Under the pieces are notes generated by a model, which had not been told where the DNA came from, did not search any database, and saw only the letters and a list, made by a program, of their open reading frames with translations. DNA of 64,000 nt from a virus. The stretch covers positions 18,650 through 82,649 of IMG/VR virus record IMGVR_UViG_3300002053_001113, one strand, 5' to 3'. The position numbers were made by a program, and so were the translations under genes. Numbering within the stretch: position 1 is the stretch's first letter; every line of letters starts with the position of its first letter. Positions 9,978-20,496 of the stretch are shown in pieces.

Positions 9978-10637
9978 ATGGCGTTAGAATGGTTGACAAA
10001 TATTTATCTATGGATAGGAATATCATTATTGTTTATATTGTTATTTGGAATATTAATGGTATTTTTAGTAATCTTGGCGAAGAAGACACACGCAATCGTG
10101 GAGTTTAAAGCTTGGAGAAAAGGAAAACCAATTGCTTTATTCTTTTTAGAAAATAGATATTGTGAGTGGAAGCCTGTTATACCCGAGGCAGGTATAATAC
10201 AAGATGACAATTATGGTTCCTTTATAATAAATGAAAGAGCTACTTATGTTGATAAAAGAACAAAGGCTGTTTTAATTCCTTTTGATGCTTCATTTGGTGC
10301 AAGTGTAAATGTGCATGCAGCAAAGTTAGCAGATGATTTACAATATGTAGTAAAAGATGAAGAGGAGCTAAAAAAATTACGTTATGCTATAGCACACAAT
10401 TTAATTGATGACAACGTGACTATAACAGCACTTAAAACAAGCATACATTTTGGAGCAGTTAAAAATATGATGACTGCACTAATACCACATAATATAAGTG
10501 CTAAAATTGAGAAGATAGTTGCTTCAAGAATGAGAAATTATGGTAAAATTAATGTGCCACATATAGCACTTTTATTTGCTGCTATATTAGGTGCAATTAT
10601 AATTGGGTATTTAATAATAAGAGTAGCAGCTAAATAA
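9978..10637 (+). CDS. Membrane protein with N- and C-terminal TM and a soluble central domain
   Basis: Hydropathy pattern. Confidence 0.55.
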   Translation: MALEWLTNIYLWIGISLLFILLFGILMVFLVILAKKTHAIVEFKAWRKGKPIALFFLENRYCEWKPVIPEAGIIQDDNYGSFIINERATYVDKRTKAVLIPFDASFGASVNVHAAKLADDLQYVVKDEEELKKLRYAIAHNLIDDNVTITALKTSIHFGAVKNMMTALIPHNISAKIEKIVASRMRNYGKINVPHIALLFAAILGAIIIGYLIIRVAAK

Positions 10638-10638
10638 A

Positions 10639-11307
10639 ATGGCAACAGCAACTGGACCTCCAGCAGCAAGTTATAAATTTAACACCTTTCAGGAGATTAA
10701 GTCTCATTCATCTATTTTGTATAATGAAAGAATGGCAATTCTTTTTTATTTGTTAGATATGAGAAGTATTGAAATGAATAGAGACTTTAGCGTTCATAGT
10801 ATGTTGGAGGTTAGGGCAATATTAAAACAGATTTATAAGAATATAAGAATGTTGATACGTAACAACCCAACAGTTAGGGCGACATTAAACTTGGAGACAA
10901 AAGACCCAGGCATTTACATAACTGATTTTGCTATGGGCACAATTGATAGAATGATTGAATATTGTGATACCAATGAATATACTACAAGGAGAATTTATAT
11001 TATTATTAATGAGCTTAATAGGTTAGAGATGTTAATGAAGGACATTTTACAATACTTCCATTACTTTATACGTCCTGATTTCAGGCAAAAACCAGATATT
11101 GAGATTGCTACTGAAAGCTATAAAGAAATAGCTGATAAACGTACTATTGAAGAATTAAAAGAGATTGTTGGAAAATCACACACTATTGATTTTGAAAATT
11201 TAGGAACAAGTAGAGTGGAATTAACACAGGAAATAGAATATGATAAAGTTGTTGATGGTCCTGAGGATGAGGATGAAGACGAAGATAATACACTTGATTC
11301 TAGTTAA
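10639..11307 (+). CDS. Hypothetical helical protein with acidic tail
   Basis: Operonic ORF. Confidence 0.5.
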   Translation: MATATGPPAASYKFNTFQEIKSHSSILYNERMAILFYLLDMRSIEMNRDFSVHSMLEVRAILKQIYKNIRMLIRNNPTVRATLNLETKDPGIYITDFAMGTIDRMIEYCDTNEYTTRRIYIIINELNRLEMLMKDILQYFHYFIRPDFRQKPDIEIATESYKEIADKRTIEELKEIVGKSHTIDFENLGTSRVELTQEIEYDKVVDGPEDEDEDEDNTLDSS

Positions 11308-11372
11308 ATAAAAATATATATATAAAGAAGGAGACTAATAATAGTTTTAAATTAGAGGGTAATGGAGAAAAA

Positions 11373-14300
11373 ATGAGAATTATACTATTGTTTCTACCTT
11401 TATTTATGTTAATTATATTGCCTTTTGTTTTGGCTAATCCAGCACCTCAAGCTGAGATTACAACTGATACAACATTAATAGGAGATGCAAATGTAACACA
11501 ATGGAATATAACAGGAGCAGTGCTTGATTGCCAAGGAGCAACTCTAACAAGAGAAAGTGGAACTGATTACATTATTCATTTAAATAATGGTGCAGTTGTG
11601 AAGAATTGCATCATAGATGACTCAGCTAGTTATCAGACAGTAACGATTGACCAAAGCAATGTTGTGTTTGATAATAACACAGTTATTATGAATTATGATG
11701 GTCATCCTTTCTGGATTGGTGCGGTTAGCAATGTAAATATAACAAATAACCATCTTGTTCAGTTATACGCTGATACTGGTTTTATTGGCAGCTCAGGGTC
11801 AAATAATATTAGGATAATTGGCAACAGATTAGACGGAGATGGTTCCAATCCAATAGGTATTTGGGGTGCTTCATATGATTATTTTATTGAGGATAATTAT
11901 ATTAATGGTAGCAGAGGAATAATTTTTGAGGAAGGGTCTCATGATATCACTATTAGGAATAATACATTTGTGAATTATGAATCTGGTAGGGCAATCACTT
12001 TTGATGAAAATCAGAATATTCATGATGTCTTGATTGAAGACCATTATGTATCAGGAACAGGTCAATTTATTTATGCTACAAATGCAAGTAACATAATGAT
12101 AAGAGATAATATCTGGCAGGATGCCAATCCAAACAATTTTATTATGAGATTTGGTGATGGTAATAACCTTACTGTGTATAACAATACATTTAATAATTTA
12201 ACCTTTGTAAATCCAGGAACTGATGTACGTATTATTGAATTTGATGGTGGTAATTTTAATAATGTTTTAGTTCAAGATAATTATATTAATAATATTGTGG
12301 TTAAAGATTATGATACTATACTTTCAACAACTGGGAATATGGTTAATTTTACAATTGATGGTAACTATATTAATAATATTTGGTGGCCAGTGTGGAGTGA
12401 TGATACAATACACGTTCTTGAAATAACATCACAGAATAATAATACTTATATAACAAATAATCATATATCAAATGTTACAAATAATAATGCTAGCAATGGT
12501 GGCTTAATTCATATGAGAAATGATAATTTTAATATTGTGATAGATAACAATACATTTGCTGATTGTGTTTGGTATTCTGATGATAATTTTATTTGGTATG
12601 ATGTACTTAACTTGGAGGGGGTTGGTATTAATGTAACTAATAATATATTTGAGGATTTTTATATGTATGGTAGTGATAATTATAATAACATAATTAATAT
12701 CCACAATGCTTACAATATGTTAATTGATGGAAACACCTTTCAACGTTTATATGCACCTGAGGGAATACTTAATATTGGAACTGCAGATAATATAATTGTA
12801 TCTAATAATATTTTTACACAGTTTGGTGACCAGGGAGGTAGTATGTTTGGAACTGGTAGTTCTTCAACTTATTTATTATTTAAAGATAACAATTGGTCTT
12901 ATACTAATAATAGTGCTATGTTTTGTGGTAATTACATACTTAATATGACTGGAAACAGATTTAATAATCTTTTTATAGAGCAAGATATTAATATATTTTG
13001 TTTGCAACCAAATGATACCATAACTTATAATGTTTTTAATGATATAACATATACAAGTGGGCAATTTTTTAATTTAGCAAGTGGTAGTAATTATTGGATT
13101 AATTATAATAATTTTAGCAATATTGATTTTATTAATGGATATCAGTTACTTTGGGACCAAGCAGATACTACTGATGTAGAATTTGTAGGAAATAGATTAA
13201 TTAATATAACAGGAACATCAGGAGTTATACACCCTAATGGTGATAATTATTTAATTGAGGATAATTTATTTCAAAATTTTGATGGTTGGGCATTATTTTT
13301 TGATAAAGGAGATAATTATATAGTAAGAGAAAATAGATTTATTGATACAGGAACAATTGCAATGAATTCTAATAGTGGTGATTATCTAGAAAATTATTTG
13401 TTTGAAGATAATTTATTTCAAGATATAATCAATGATACATATATGGGAGGAGCACTTTTTTTCCATAATATAACTTGGAATAAAAATAATTTTAGCATAA
13501 CCCGTAATTGTCTTGATATTTCTGGGGCATCACATTATTGTTTTTGGAATGGTGTGAGAGGGTTTAATAGTTTTACAAATAATAATTTTTTAACTAATGG
13601 TTTTAATATGAGTTGGTCTTTTCCAGCATCAGTAATATTATTTGATACAGACCTTTTTGAAGAAGTATTGGTAGAAAACAATACAGGACCTTTTAGTATA
13701 GTTCCAAGGTTAAGATATGGTAGTGATATGAATTTGACAGTTAGAAATAATAATATTGTTTATAATTATTTTCCAGAACATTCTTATTATGAGTATAATG
13801 CACAGGAGGCGTTTATCTATTTATATGAATATAGTGGGGAGACTGATACAGTTTATAATGTACTTTATGAAGGAAACACGTTTACTTCAAATGGTGATAG
13901 TACTATGATTTACCCAAGATTAATATCTCCTGATGATAATGTTTTAATAAATGGAAATACATTTAATGGCGATATTGTGTATATATTTAGGACAGCAAAC
14001 CAAGAGAATTATATTACTTATAGTGGAAATACATTAAATAATGTAAATGTTAATATGATACCATTCTTTGATTTTAATATATCATCATCACATGATTTTT
14101 TTAGTAAGGCAGATAGAATTGATTTAGATGCTAGACACATTTGGGGTGGTAATATAGCAGGAATAACAGGAGATATGAATGATTTACAGATTGGCAATGT
14201 GGTACTGTTACCAGCTAATACCAATGTAAATTTGTTAAATTTAGTTTTAGAGGCTCCAATACTTAATAATGGTACAAATAATAGTTTTAATGTAGAAGGA

Positions 14301-14939
14301 ATGACTTATGTAAATATAACCAATTATGTAGAAGAAGATGAAAATCAAACTCCGGAATTTACTGGAAATACAACCAATTTGGCTGTTAATGTTAATATAC
14401 AAAATGTCTCATTAGTTTTAGATAATAACCAAGGCACTATTGAATGGGAGCAACCTGTAAATTTAACTGTTAATGGAAATATTGATGCTATAGTTGAAAT
14501 AGGTACCAATACTATTGAGGTTAAAACAAATCTTAATCCAAGTATGAATAAACCAGCAAGATTGACATTTAAAGATTTAACCTATACAAATGTTGACCAA
14601 TTTGATGTATATAAAAATGGTGTAATTTGTACATCAAGCGAATGTTATGATGAGGAATTTGTTGGTAACTATTATAGGTTGAGAGTTAGTAGTTTTAGTA
14701 ATTTTACCTTACGTAATAGTTTTGATATGAATACTTATTTAGGAGTAAGAGATGATTTGTTTGTGATATTAGGGGCGTTTGCTTTCTTGGTAGTTATGAT
14801 TGGTGCTGCTATTGTATTAATGATACTTACTGGAAGCTTTGATACCACAAGCACATTAAGTATTATATTAGTTGCAGCATTAGGTTTTGCACTTTTAATG
14901 GCTGTATTAATGGCTATATTAACTAACTTTGTGGTATGA
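11373..14939 (+). CDS. Right-handed parallel beta-helix adhesin/receptor-binding protein with C-terminal 2-TM anchor
   Basis: Signal peptide; many 'NxxIxxNxF' PbH1-like repeats; own promoter at 11311. Confidence 0.7.
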   Translation: MRIILLFLPLFMLIILPFVLANPAPQAEITTDTTLIGDANVTQWNITGAVLDCQGATLTRESGTDYIIHLNNGAVVKNCIIDDSASYQTVTIDQSNVVFDNNTVIMNYDGHPFWIGAVSNVNITNNHLVQLYADTGFIGSSGSNNIRIIGNRLDGDGSNPIGIWGASYDYFIEDNYINGSRGIIFEEGSHDITIRNNTFVNYESGRAITFDENQNIHDVLIEDHYVSGTGQFIYATNASNIMIRDNIWQDANPNNFIMRFGDGNNLTVYNNTFNNLTFVNPGTDVRIIEFDGGNFNNVLVQDNYINNIVVKDYDTILSTTGNMVNFTIDGNYINNIWWPVWSDDTIHVLEITSQNNNTYITNNHISNVTNNNASNGGLIHMRNDNFNIVIDNNTFADCVWYSDDNFIWYDVLNLEGVGINVTNNIFEDFYMYGSDNYNNIINIHNAYNMLIDGNTFQRLYAPEGILNIGTADNIIVSNNIFTQFGDQGGSMFGTGSSSTYLLFKDNNWSYTNNSAMFCGNYILNMTGNRFNNLFIEQDINIFCLQPNDTITYNVFNDITYTSGQFFNLASGSNYWINYNNFSNIDFINGYQLLWDQADTTDVEFVGNRLINITGTSGVIHPNGDNYLIEDNLFQNFDGWALFFDKGDNYIVRENRFIDTGTIAMNSNSGDYLENYLFEDNLFQDIINDTYMGGALFFHNITWNKNNFSITRNCLDISGASHYCFWNGVRGFNSFTNNNFLTNGFNMSWSFPASVILFDTDLFEEVLVENNTGPFSIVPRLRYGSDMNLTVRNNNIVYNYFPEHSYYEYNAQEAFIYLYEYSGETDTVYNVLYEGNTFTSNGDSTMIYPRLISPDDNVLINGNTFNGDIVYIFRTANQENYITYSGNTLNNVNVNMIPFFDFNISSSHDFFSKADRIDLDARHIWGGNIAGITGDMNDLQIGNVVLLPANTNVNLLNLVLEAPILNNGTNNSFNVEGMTYVNITNYVEEDENQTPEFTGNTTNLAVNVNIQNVSLVLDNNQGTIEWEQPVNLTVNGNIDAIVEIGTNTIEVKTNLNPSMNKPARLTFKDLTYTNVDQFDVYKNGVICTSSECYDEEFVGNYYRLRVSSFSNFTLRNSFDMNTYLGVRDDLFVILGAFAFLVVMIGAAIVLMILTGSFDTTSTLSIILVAALGFALLMAVLMAILTNFVV

Positions 14940-15002
14940 TAAATATATATATATAAAGGAAAAGACAAATTAATCTATTAAAGTAGTGGGTAGAGCGTTA
15001 AG

Positions 15003-16874
15003 ATGAGAGTGAAGACATTAATATTACCTTTATTTATACTATTTCTAGTACCCTTTGTTTTTGCTGCAGTACCAGTAATAGACACTGCTTTAATTAACAT
15101 TACAGCACCATCTCCAGTTGATGATTTGCCTGGTTATTGTAAGGCAAATGATAGTGATGGAGGAACACTTACGTATTATTATAGATGGTATAGTAATGGT
15201 GTTTTAAGATATGAGTGGGTTGAGGAGAGCAGTGCTGTCCAGGGAGCACACAACGATGGTGTAGATAGAAAGTGGCCACATCTAATATATAACTTAACAG
15301 GAGATGATAGTTGGATTATGATTAGTGGCGCTAATAAAGATGAGGCAGAGGAGTTTTATGGATATAGATGGAATGGTACAGAATGGGTAGCAAACAGTAG
15401 TGTAGTTGCTGGTTTAAATACTGTATTATCAGGGAATCAAGATGCGTATATAGCAGGTGGCTATAATGTAAGTGGAGATGGAAAATATGATGTGTGCATT
15501 ACGGATTATAGTCTAAACAATAATAATATGCAATGGAATGGTACAGAATGGGTAGCGGGTGGAACAACTTGTATGTCTTCAATTGGTACAGGACCATACC
15601 CAAACGTTATGGAAAATTTATTTAATAATGGTGACTGGTATGGTTTTACTCATACTTGTTGTAGTGGAGGCACAAACGGATGGACAAGGTCGCCAGGAGA
15701 TGTAGGTTGGACAAGTGACAACACAGTATTTTCAACAATAATTGCAAGTGGCCACCACACTATATATGGTGCTTATATAAATAATGTTCCAACTGTTGTG
15801 TTTTTACACTCATCTTGGCACACAAACAGATTTTATGAATGGAATGGAACTGCTTTTGAATATAAACCACTTATGGACCTTTATACAGGACATTACTCCA
15901 AGTTTGGAGGACAATTTGTTTATGATTTTAATAATGAGGGAAAGTGGAGGATTTTTGAAGGACACTACAATAGCGCGCAATTTAGGTCTTATTTGTTTAA
16001 TGATTTATTTAATGTGGCAAGTGTACCAGAAAGCACATTATATAATGTTGAAAACATATCCTCTGATAGGACTTCCAATAGTGAAAATTGGACGTTATCG
16101 TGTATGGCAAGTGATGGCACAAGCAATAGTAGTTGGCTAAACGATACTGTTGTGATTGAGGTTTGTCCTGAGACTGTAAGTAATATAACAGAAAACACAA
16201 ATTTATATGGTGAGGGTTGTGTTGTACAGACTGTGAACGTACAGGAGAATGGAAGAATTGATTGTGCAGGTGGAGGATTAACTGGCAGTGGAGGATTTAC
16301 TTTAGCATTAACTGGTGAGAATTCTGCCTTAACTAATTGTACTTTACAGAACGTGAATTTGGTGGTAGATGTGCCAAGTGGAGGCATAGTGTTTCCAACT
16401 TTAAATGCAACAATAACCGATACAACTAATAATATCGTTATACAGCCAAGGTCAATTTATGTTGATAGTACAGCATTACCAGATTTAGATGTACCAGCAA
16501 GTTTAACATTTAGGAATACTGGTTATACAACCTTGGAGCAATTTGATGTTTACAAAGATGGTGTTGAGTGTACAGATTGCGTTGAGGGTGACATAGTAAA
16601 TGGAACATTTAATATGAATGTAACAGGGTTTAGTAATTTTACATTAAGAGATGGAATTGATTATGCTACATATAAGACAGTAAGAGATGATGCTATATAC
16701 ATACTTGGAGTATTTGCTTTAGTTGTTGTTTTATTAGCTGCCACCTTTGTTGTTATGTTTGTTTTTGGCAAGATGGAGATTGATGTTTTACTACCTATTA
16801 TACTTGCCTTAGCAGCAGGAGCTGCTGTATTGATGGCTGTGTTTTATGTGATTGCGCAGGCTATGATAGTTTAA
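15003..16874 (+). CDS. Second adhesin-like glycoprotein sharing the C-terminal module of 11373
   Basis: Signal peptide; WNGTEW repeats; PAxLTF..QFDVYKxGV.C..FSNFTLR..VRDD plus 2 TM shared with 11373; own promoter at 14941. Confidence 0.65.
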   Translation: MRVKTLILPLFILFLVPFVFAAVPVIDTALINITAPSPVDDLPGYCKANDSDGGTLTYYYRWYSNGVLRYEWVEESSAVQGAHNDGVDRKWPHLIYNLTGDDSWIMISGANKDEAEEFYGYRWNGTEWVANSSVVAGLNTVLSGNQDAYIAGGYNVSGDGKYDVCITDYSLNNNNMQWNGTEWVAGGTTCMSSIGTGPYPNVMENLFNNGDWYGFTHTCCSGGTNGWTRSPGDVGWTSDNTVFSTIIASGHHTIYGAYINNVPTVVFLHSSWHTNRFYEWNGTAFEYKPLMDLYTGHYSKFGGQFVYDFNNEGKWRIFEGHYNSAQFRSYLFNDLFNVASVPESTLYNVENISSDRTSNSENWTLSCMASDGTSNSSWLNDTVVIEVCPETVSNITENTNLYGEGCVVQTVNVQENGRIDCAGGGLTGSGGFTLALTGENSALTNCTLQNVNLVVDVPSGGIVFPTLNATITDTTNNIVIQPRSIYVDSTALPDLDVPASLTFRNTGYTTLEQFDVYKDGVECTDCVEGDIVNGTFNMNVTGFSNFTLRDGIDYATYKTVRDDAIYILGVFALVVVLLAATFVVMFVFGKMEIDVLLPIILALAAGAAVLMAVFYVIAQAMIV

Positions 16875-16929
16875 ATAAAAATATATATATAAAGGAAAAC
16901 GTATAAATTTAAGTAAAGAGAACGTAAAA

Positions 16930-17070
16930 ATGAAGTTTAACCTGACATACAATAATATAAAATTTATGTCAGTTGTGGCTAAAGATGAGAATGCTGCTTG
17001 GGAACAAGTTAAAAAAGCAGGAATTAGAAATAAAAGTAATATGTTAAAATTAATTAAAGTTGAGGTGTGA
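16930..17070 (+). CDS. Small hypothetical protein (46 aa)
   Basis: First ORF after the promoter at 16878; translated by hand as MKFNLTYNNIKF... Confidence 0.45.
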   Translation: MKFNLTYNNIKFMSVVAKDENAAWEQVKKAGIRNKSNMLKLIKVEV

Positions 17071-17071
17071 A

Positions 17072-17329
17072 ATGGCCAAAAAGAATACAGATTTAATGAA
17101 AGAGGCTAAAGATGTAATGAAAGTTGGTGCTACTACAATGGTAGGACACGGAGTTCTTGCTGGACTGAGTAATGTACCAGGTATGCCTGCACAAGCTGGG
17201 CAGACTGCCAAAATTGCAGGCAGTGGATTAACATTAGTTAATGTTGGACAATTAGCTAAAAGTGGAATGACAGTAGTTAAGATGTTTGATACTGGAAAAA
17301 GTAAAAAACTTAAAAAGAGTTGGTGGTAA
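17072..17329 (+). CDS. Small Gly/Ala-rich basic protein
   Basis: GAGGTG RBS before ATG 17072. Confidence 0.55.
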   Translation: MAKKNTDLMKEAKDVMKVGATTMVGHGVLAGLSNVPGMPAQAGQTAKIAGSGLTLVNVGQLAKSGMTVVKMFDTGKSKKLKKSWW

Positions 17330-17331
17330 GA

Positions 17332-17544
17332 ATGGGTGTTGTGGAGAATATATTAGGTAAGAGACCAGAGTGGGCAGCTTCTGTGGCTTATGTTGATAAA
17401 CTTGCTAAGAAAGTACAAAAAAGATATAAAGTTAGCAAAGAAGATGCAAGAGATATACTTGATGAAGCAAGTGCTTATAATATTAATGACGAGGCAGACT
17501 TATTTTATGTTATTGAGGCAGAGATATTACCAAATTGGAGGTAA
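17332..17544 (+). CDS. Small protein with N-terminal MGVVENILG tag
   Basis: ATG 17332; N-terminus resembles the MDPVKKILG family. Confidence 0.55.
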   Translation: MGVVENILGKRPEWAASVAYVDKLAKKVQKRYKVSKEDARDILDEASAYNINDEADLFYVIEAEILPNWR

Positions 17545-17550
17545 AACAAA

Positions 17551-17685
17551 ATGGCTAAGAAAAAATATGAGATGCCAACTGGTGTTGGGGCTGACCCATA
17601 TGATGTTGCTGAAGAAACTAAGAAGCCAGTTCAAAAGGCAACACCTGCAGGTATAGTAAACAAGATTTTAAAGAAAAAGTATTAG
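17551..17685 (+). CDS. Small hypothetical protein (44 aa)
   Basis: GGAGG RBS; MAKKKYEMPTGVG...GIVNKILKKKY. Confidence 0.45.
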   Translation: MAKKKYEMPTGVGADPYDVAEETKKPVQKATPAGIVNKILKKKY

Positions 17686-17715
17686 AAATAATACGCTGGA
17701 TAAGGAGGTAGAAAA

Positions 17716-18207
17716 ATGTTTGATATTGATAAAAGTATCAATAGAATAATTGGAACAAAGAAAAAATTTAAAGATAGTGATTTTGATGGTGTTCCTGACA
17801 GTAGAGACTGCCAACCATTTAATCCTTTAAGACAAGATAAAGTAGATATATATTATTATAAAAAAGGATTAGACCCTAGAACAAGTACATTTTGGGATAG
17901 TATATATAGAGAAGTACATTATGGAAATAAACCATCATTAGCAGTTACTAGAAACGAGTTTAATACCTATTGGGGATATGTTGATAGTAGAAATGTCGAT
18001 ACAACAACAAGGTCCACACAAGGTGTTTTAGAGTCTATTTTTGGTATGTATAATGTTAGTAATCCATTAGCTACTCCTGCTGGTCAACAGAAAATAAGAA
18101 GTGTGGGTGTTGGTCATACAAGTATGAGTATTGGTGACGTAATTAAGTTAGGAGGAATATATTATATTGTTGCAAGTGAAGGATTTAAAAGATTATATGT
18201 GAGGTAA
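17716..18207 (+). CDS. Protein with MFDIDKSINRIIG tag, DxDxDGVPDxxDC Ca-binding-like motif and YodL-like C-terminal domain
   Basis: First ~41 aa are homologous to the 56204 protein; C-terminal GHTSMSIGDVI motif. Confidence 0.55.
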   Translation: MFDIDKSINRIIGTKKKFKDSDFDGVPDSRDCQPFNPLRQDKVDIYYYKKGLDPRTSTFWDSIYREVHYGNKPSLAVTRNEFNTYWGYVDSRNVDTTTRSTQGVLESIFGMYNVSNPLATPAGQQKIRSVGVGHTSMSIGDVIKLGGIYYIVASEGFKRLYVR

Positions 18208-18212
18208 AGAAA

Positions 18213-18389
18213 ATGGACCCAGTAAAAAAGATTTTAGGAAAAGAACCAAAACATTATCCAAAGCCAAAATATCCTTATTGTAATAAAGGACATCTTTTGG
18301 TTGAGGTATATAATGAAAAATATAATAGATATGATTGGGACTGTCCAACTTGTATTGAAGCAATGAGAAGAGCCCGTGAGGGGAGGTAA
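18213..18389 (+). CDS. Small Zn-finger-like protein with MDPVKKILG tag
   Basis: Translated by hand: MDPVKKILGKEPK...CNKGH...CPTC...; GAGG RBS. Confidence 0.6.
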   Translation: MDPVKKILGKEPKHYPKPKYPYCNKGHLLVEVYNEKYNRYDWDCPTCIEAMRRAREGR

Positions 18390-18394
18390 AGAAA

Positions 18395-18550
18395 ATGGAA
18401 TTTTATGCAATGGCATTAAAGAAAAAAATTAATATACCAGATGTGAATGTAAGGAAAGTAGTGAGAAATGGAAGAGCCTTTTTAGTTGGAAAATATAAAG
18501 TTGGTAGCAAAGAATACGAGGCTTGGAGAGCACTTGGAAAGGTGAAATAA
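18395..18550 (+). CDS. Small basic protein resembling the CC1/DUF5679 archaeal chromatin-protein family
   Basis: MEFYAMALKKKINIPDVNVRKVVRNGRAFLVGKYKVGSKEYEAWRALGKVK; GGAGG RBS. Confidence 0.45.
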   Translation: MEFYAMALKKKINIPDVNVRKVVRNGRAFLVGKYKVGSKEYEAWRALGKVK

Positions 18551-18552
18551 AA

Positions 18553-18717
18553 ATGGCCTTTGATGAGCAGTTTGAAAAGGTTGGTGGCGGTCCAACTGGA
18601 AAAAGCTGGTGGAAGGAACAACGTAAAAGATTAGAACAGGAAAAAGAAAGAAGAAAAAAATCTGTTTTACGCAATCTACCAGAGGATACAATAAGGCGAA
18701 TATTAGAAGAAGAATAG
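18553..18717 (+). CDS. Small charged protein
   Basis: GGTGA RBS before ATG 18553. Confidence 0.45.
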   Translation: MAFDEQFEKVGGGPTGKSWWKEQRKRLEQEKERRKKSVLRNLPEDTIRRILEEE

Positions 18718-19280
18718 TCACATTAGTGTGAATAAAAGGTGAGGTGCTGATAGGATGGCAAAAGGCAGAAAGAAAAAGAAGTAAATATGTTACTAAGGAG
18801 TTACTGATAAAATTGTTTTTTTAATTTTAAATTTTAAAATTTGAGGAGTAACACATGGCGAAGGATGTTGATGATATAATTAAGGAGGAAATAAAAGAAG
18901 GTGTTGACTTCTTTTTTAGATGGAAGAAGGCAATAACAGCACACTTGAAGAAAAAATGAGATTTGGAAGAAAAACATTAGAAGAAATAAAAGAAGAGGAT
19001 GAGATAATAAGAGCAAGTGATTTGGATTTAAAATTGAAAACACCGCAGTTTTGGAAACGTGATGATATGGGTGAGATATAATGGCAAGAATAAAACGGAG
19101 GTAGTAAAATGTATTATCAAAGAGTTTCAAACAAAGATTTTGAACAAAACATTAAAGGGAAGCTACCGTTTGGTGGGTGGGTTTTAATAAATGAGCCAAC
19201 TATAAGACATCTGGGAGTTAAACCAGGTGATGTGATTGTTAATAAATACAGAACAATATATTTTAGGGTAAAAGGATAAA

Positions 19281-19487
19281 ATGGCAACAATTAAAGATAT
19301 GAAACCTTGGATGACACCAACCAAATTTGAACGAGAAAGGTTTAAATTAGTAAAAAAAGATGGAGAATTTTTTATTGGTTATAATGGTGATTTACTTATG
19401 TCTCTTCACACTACTGACAAAAAAGAGGCTGAAGAGATGTTTGGATTAAGAGTTGATAAAGTTATAGAAAATATTAATAGAGGGTGA
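19281..19487 (+). CDS. Hypothetical protein
   Basis: ORF with RBS. Confidence 0.5.
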   Translation: MATIKDMKPWMTPTKFERERFKLVKKDGEFFIGYNGDLLMSLHTTDKKEAEEMFGLRVDKVIENINRG

Positions 19488-19492
19488 TATAA

Positions 19493-19714
19493 ATGCCAGC
19501 AAATCTAAGATTTTACAATAGAGACCCAAACGGGTTAGGTAGAGGACGTGGAGTCTATTATCATAGAGGACATGGATATTGGAGTAAGTATGATGTAGGT
19601 AGAGATGCTAAGATACAGGCGAGAGGATATAGAACACACAAGACAGGATTGAGTAAAACAACTGGTAAGGCAAGTAAGATAGCACAAGCAGGAGATGGCA
19701 AACTACCACGTTAA
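19493..19714 (+). CDS. Small basic Gly/Arg-rich protein, possibly nucleic-acid binding
   Basis: GLGRGRG motif; GGTGA RBS. Confidence 0.5.
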   Translation: MPANLRFYNRDPNGLGRGRGVYYHRGHGYWSKYDVGRDAKIQARGYRTHKTGLSKTTGKASKIAQAGDGKLPR

Positions 19715-19832
19715 ATCAAAACATTTAAATATCTTTTTCTTTAGTTAAAAGAATGTATAAATCACAACATTTATATAGTGGAATATATTATTTAATATAA
19801 GGCTTTAAATAAAATAGAGGGGGTGATTTATT

Positions 19833-20057
19833 TTGAAAAGAGGCACCTCTATAAGGGGTAGAAAACGTGCCAAACGTTCTAAGCCTCCAAAATCACGTAG
19901 ATATTGTTTGGCTTGTCAAAAGAGGACAAGTTTTAGATATGATAAAATTGTAGGTCATAGTAGATGTTGTGAATGTGGAGGAGCATTATCAAAACGTTTT
20001 ACTCCAAAGGAGGTGGAAAAGTTTGTCAAAAGCAAACAGAAAAAAAAGAACTTGTAA
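19833..20057 (+). CDS. Basic Zn-ribbon protein
   Basis: CLAC...CCEC; TTG start with GGTGA RBS; downstream of promoter motifs at 19714 and 19760. Confidence 0.55.
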   Translation: MKRGTSIRGRKRAKRSKPPKSRRYCLACQKRTSFRYDKIVGHSRCCECGGALSKRFTPKEVEKFVKSKQKKKNL

Positions 20058-20496
20058 AATATGTGGAGCACCAAGTTATGGTTTTAGATGTTTCAGTTGC
20101 CACGTGAGACGAGCAGGGTCACGTGTCAGCCAAATGCTACAAAGCAGAAAGCAGTTGAAAAGAAGAATGGGTATAGAAGATGTTTGGGATTACCAAATAC
20201 ATGACAAAAGTGAAAGTGACTATATGCCACGACAAAGAGATTAATGAGGATACAATAGTGAAAGCTTTGGAGGACAACTTGGAGTTTAAACTATTAATGG
20301 TTGAAGGAATTAGGACAAAGGTGACAGAAAAACAATGAGGCCTCCTTATTGGTGTCCAAATGGGTGTGGTAAATGTGTGAGTTTGGTATTGGATAGTAAT
20401 GTTCCAAAAGAGATAAGAGCTTATAGATGTAAAAGATGTGGTGAGTATTTTACATTAAGGAGGTTAAAAAGATATCATAACTATGGAGGGTAAAAA

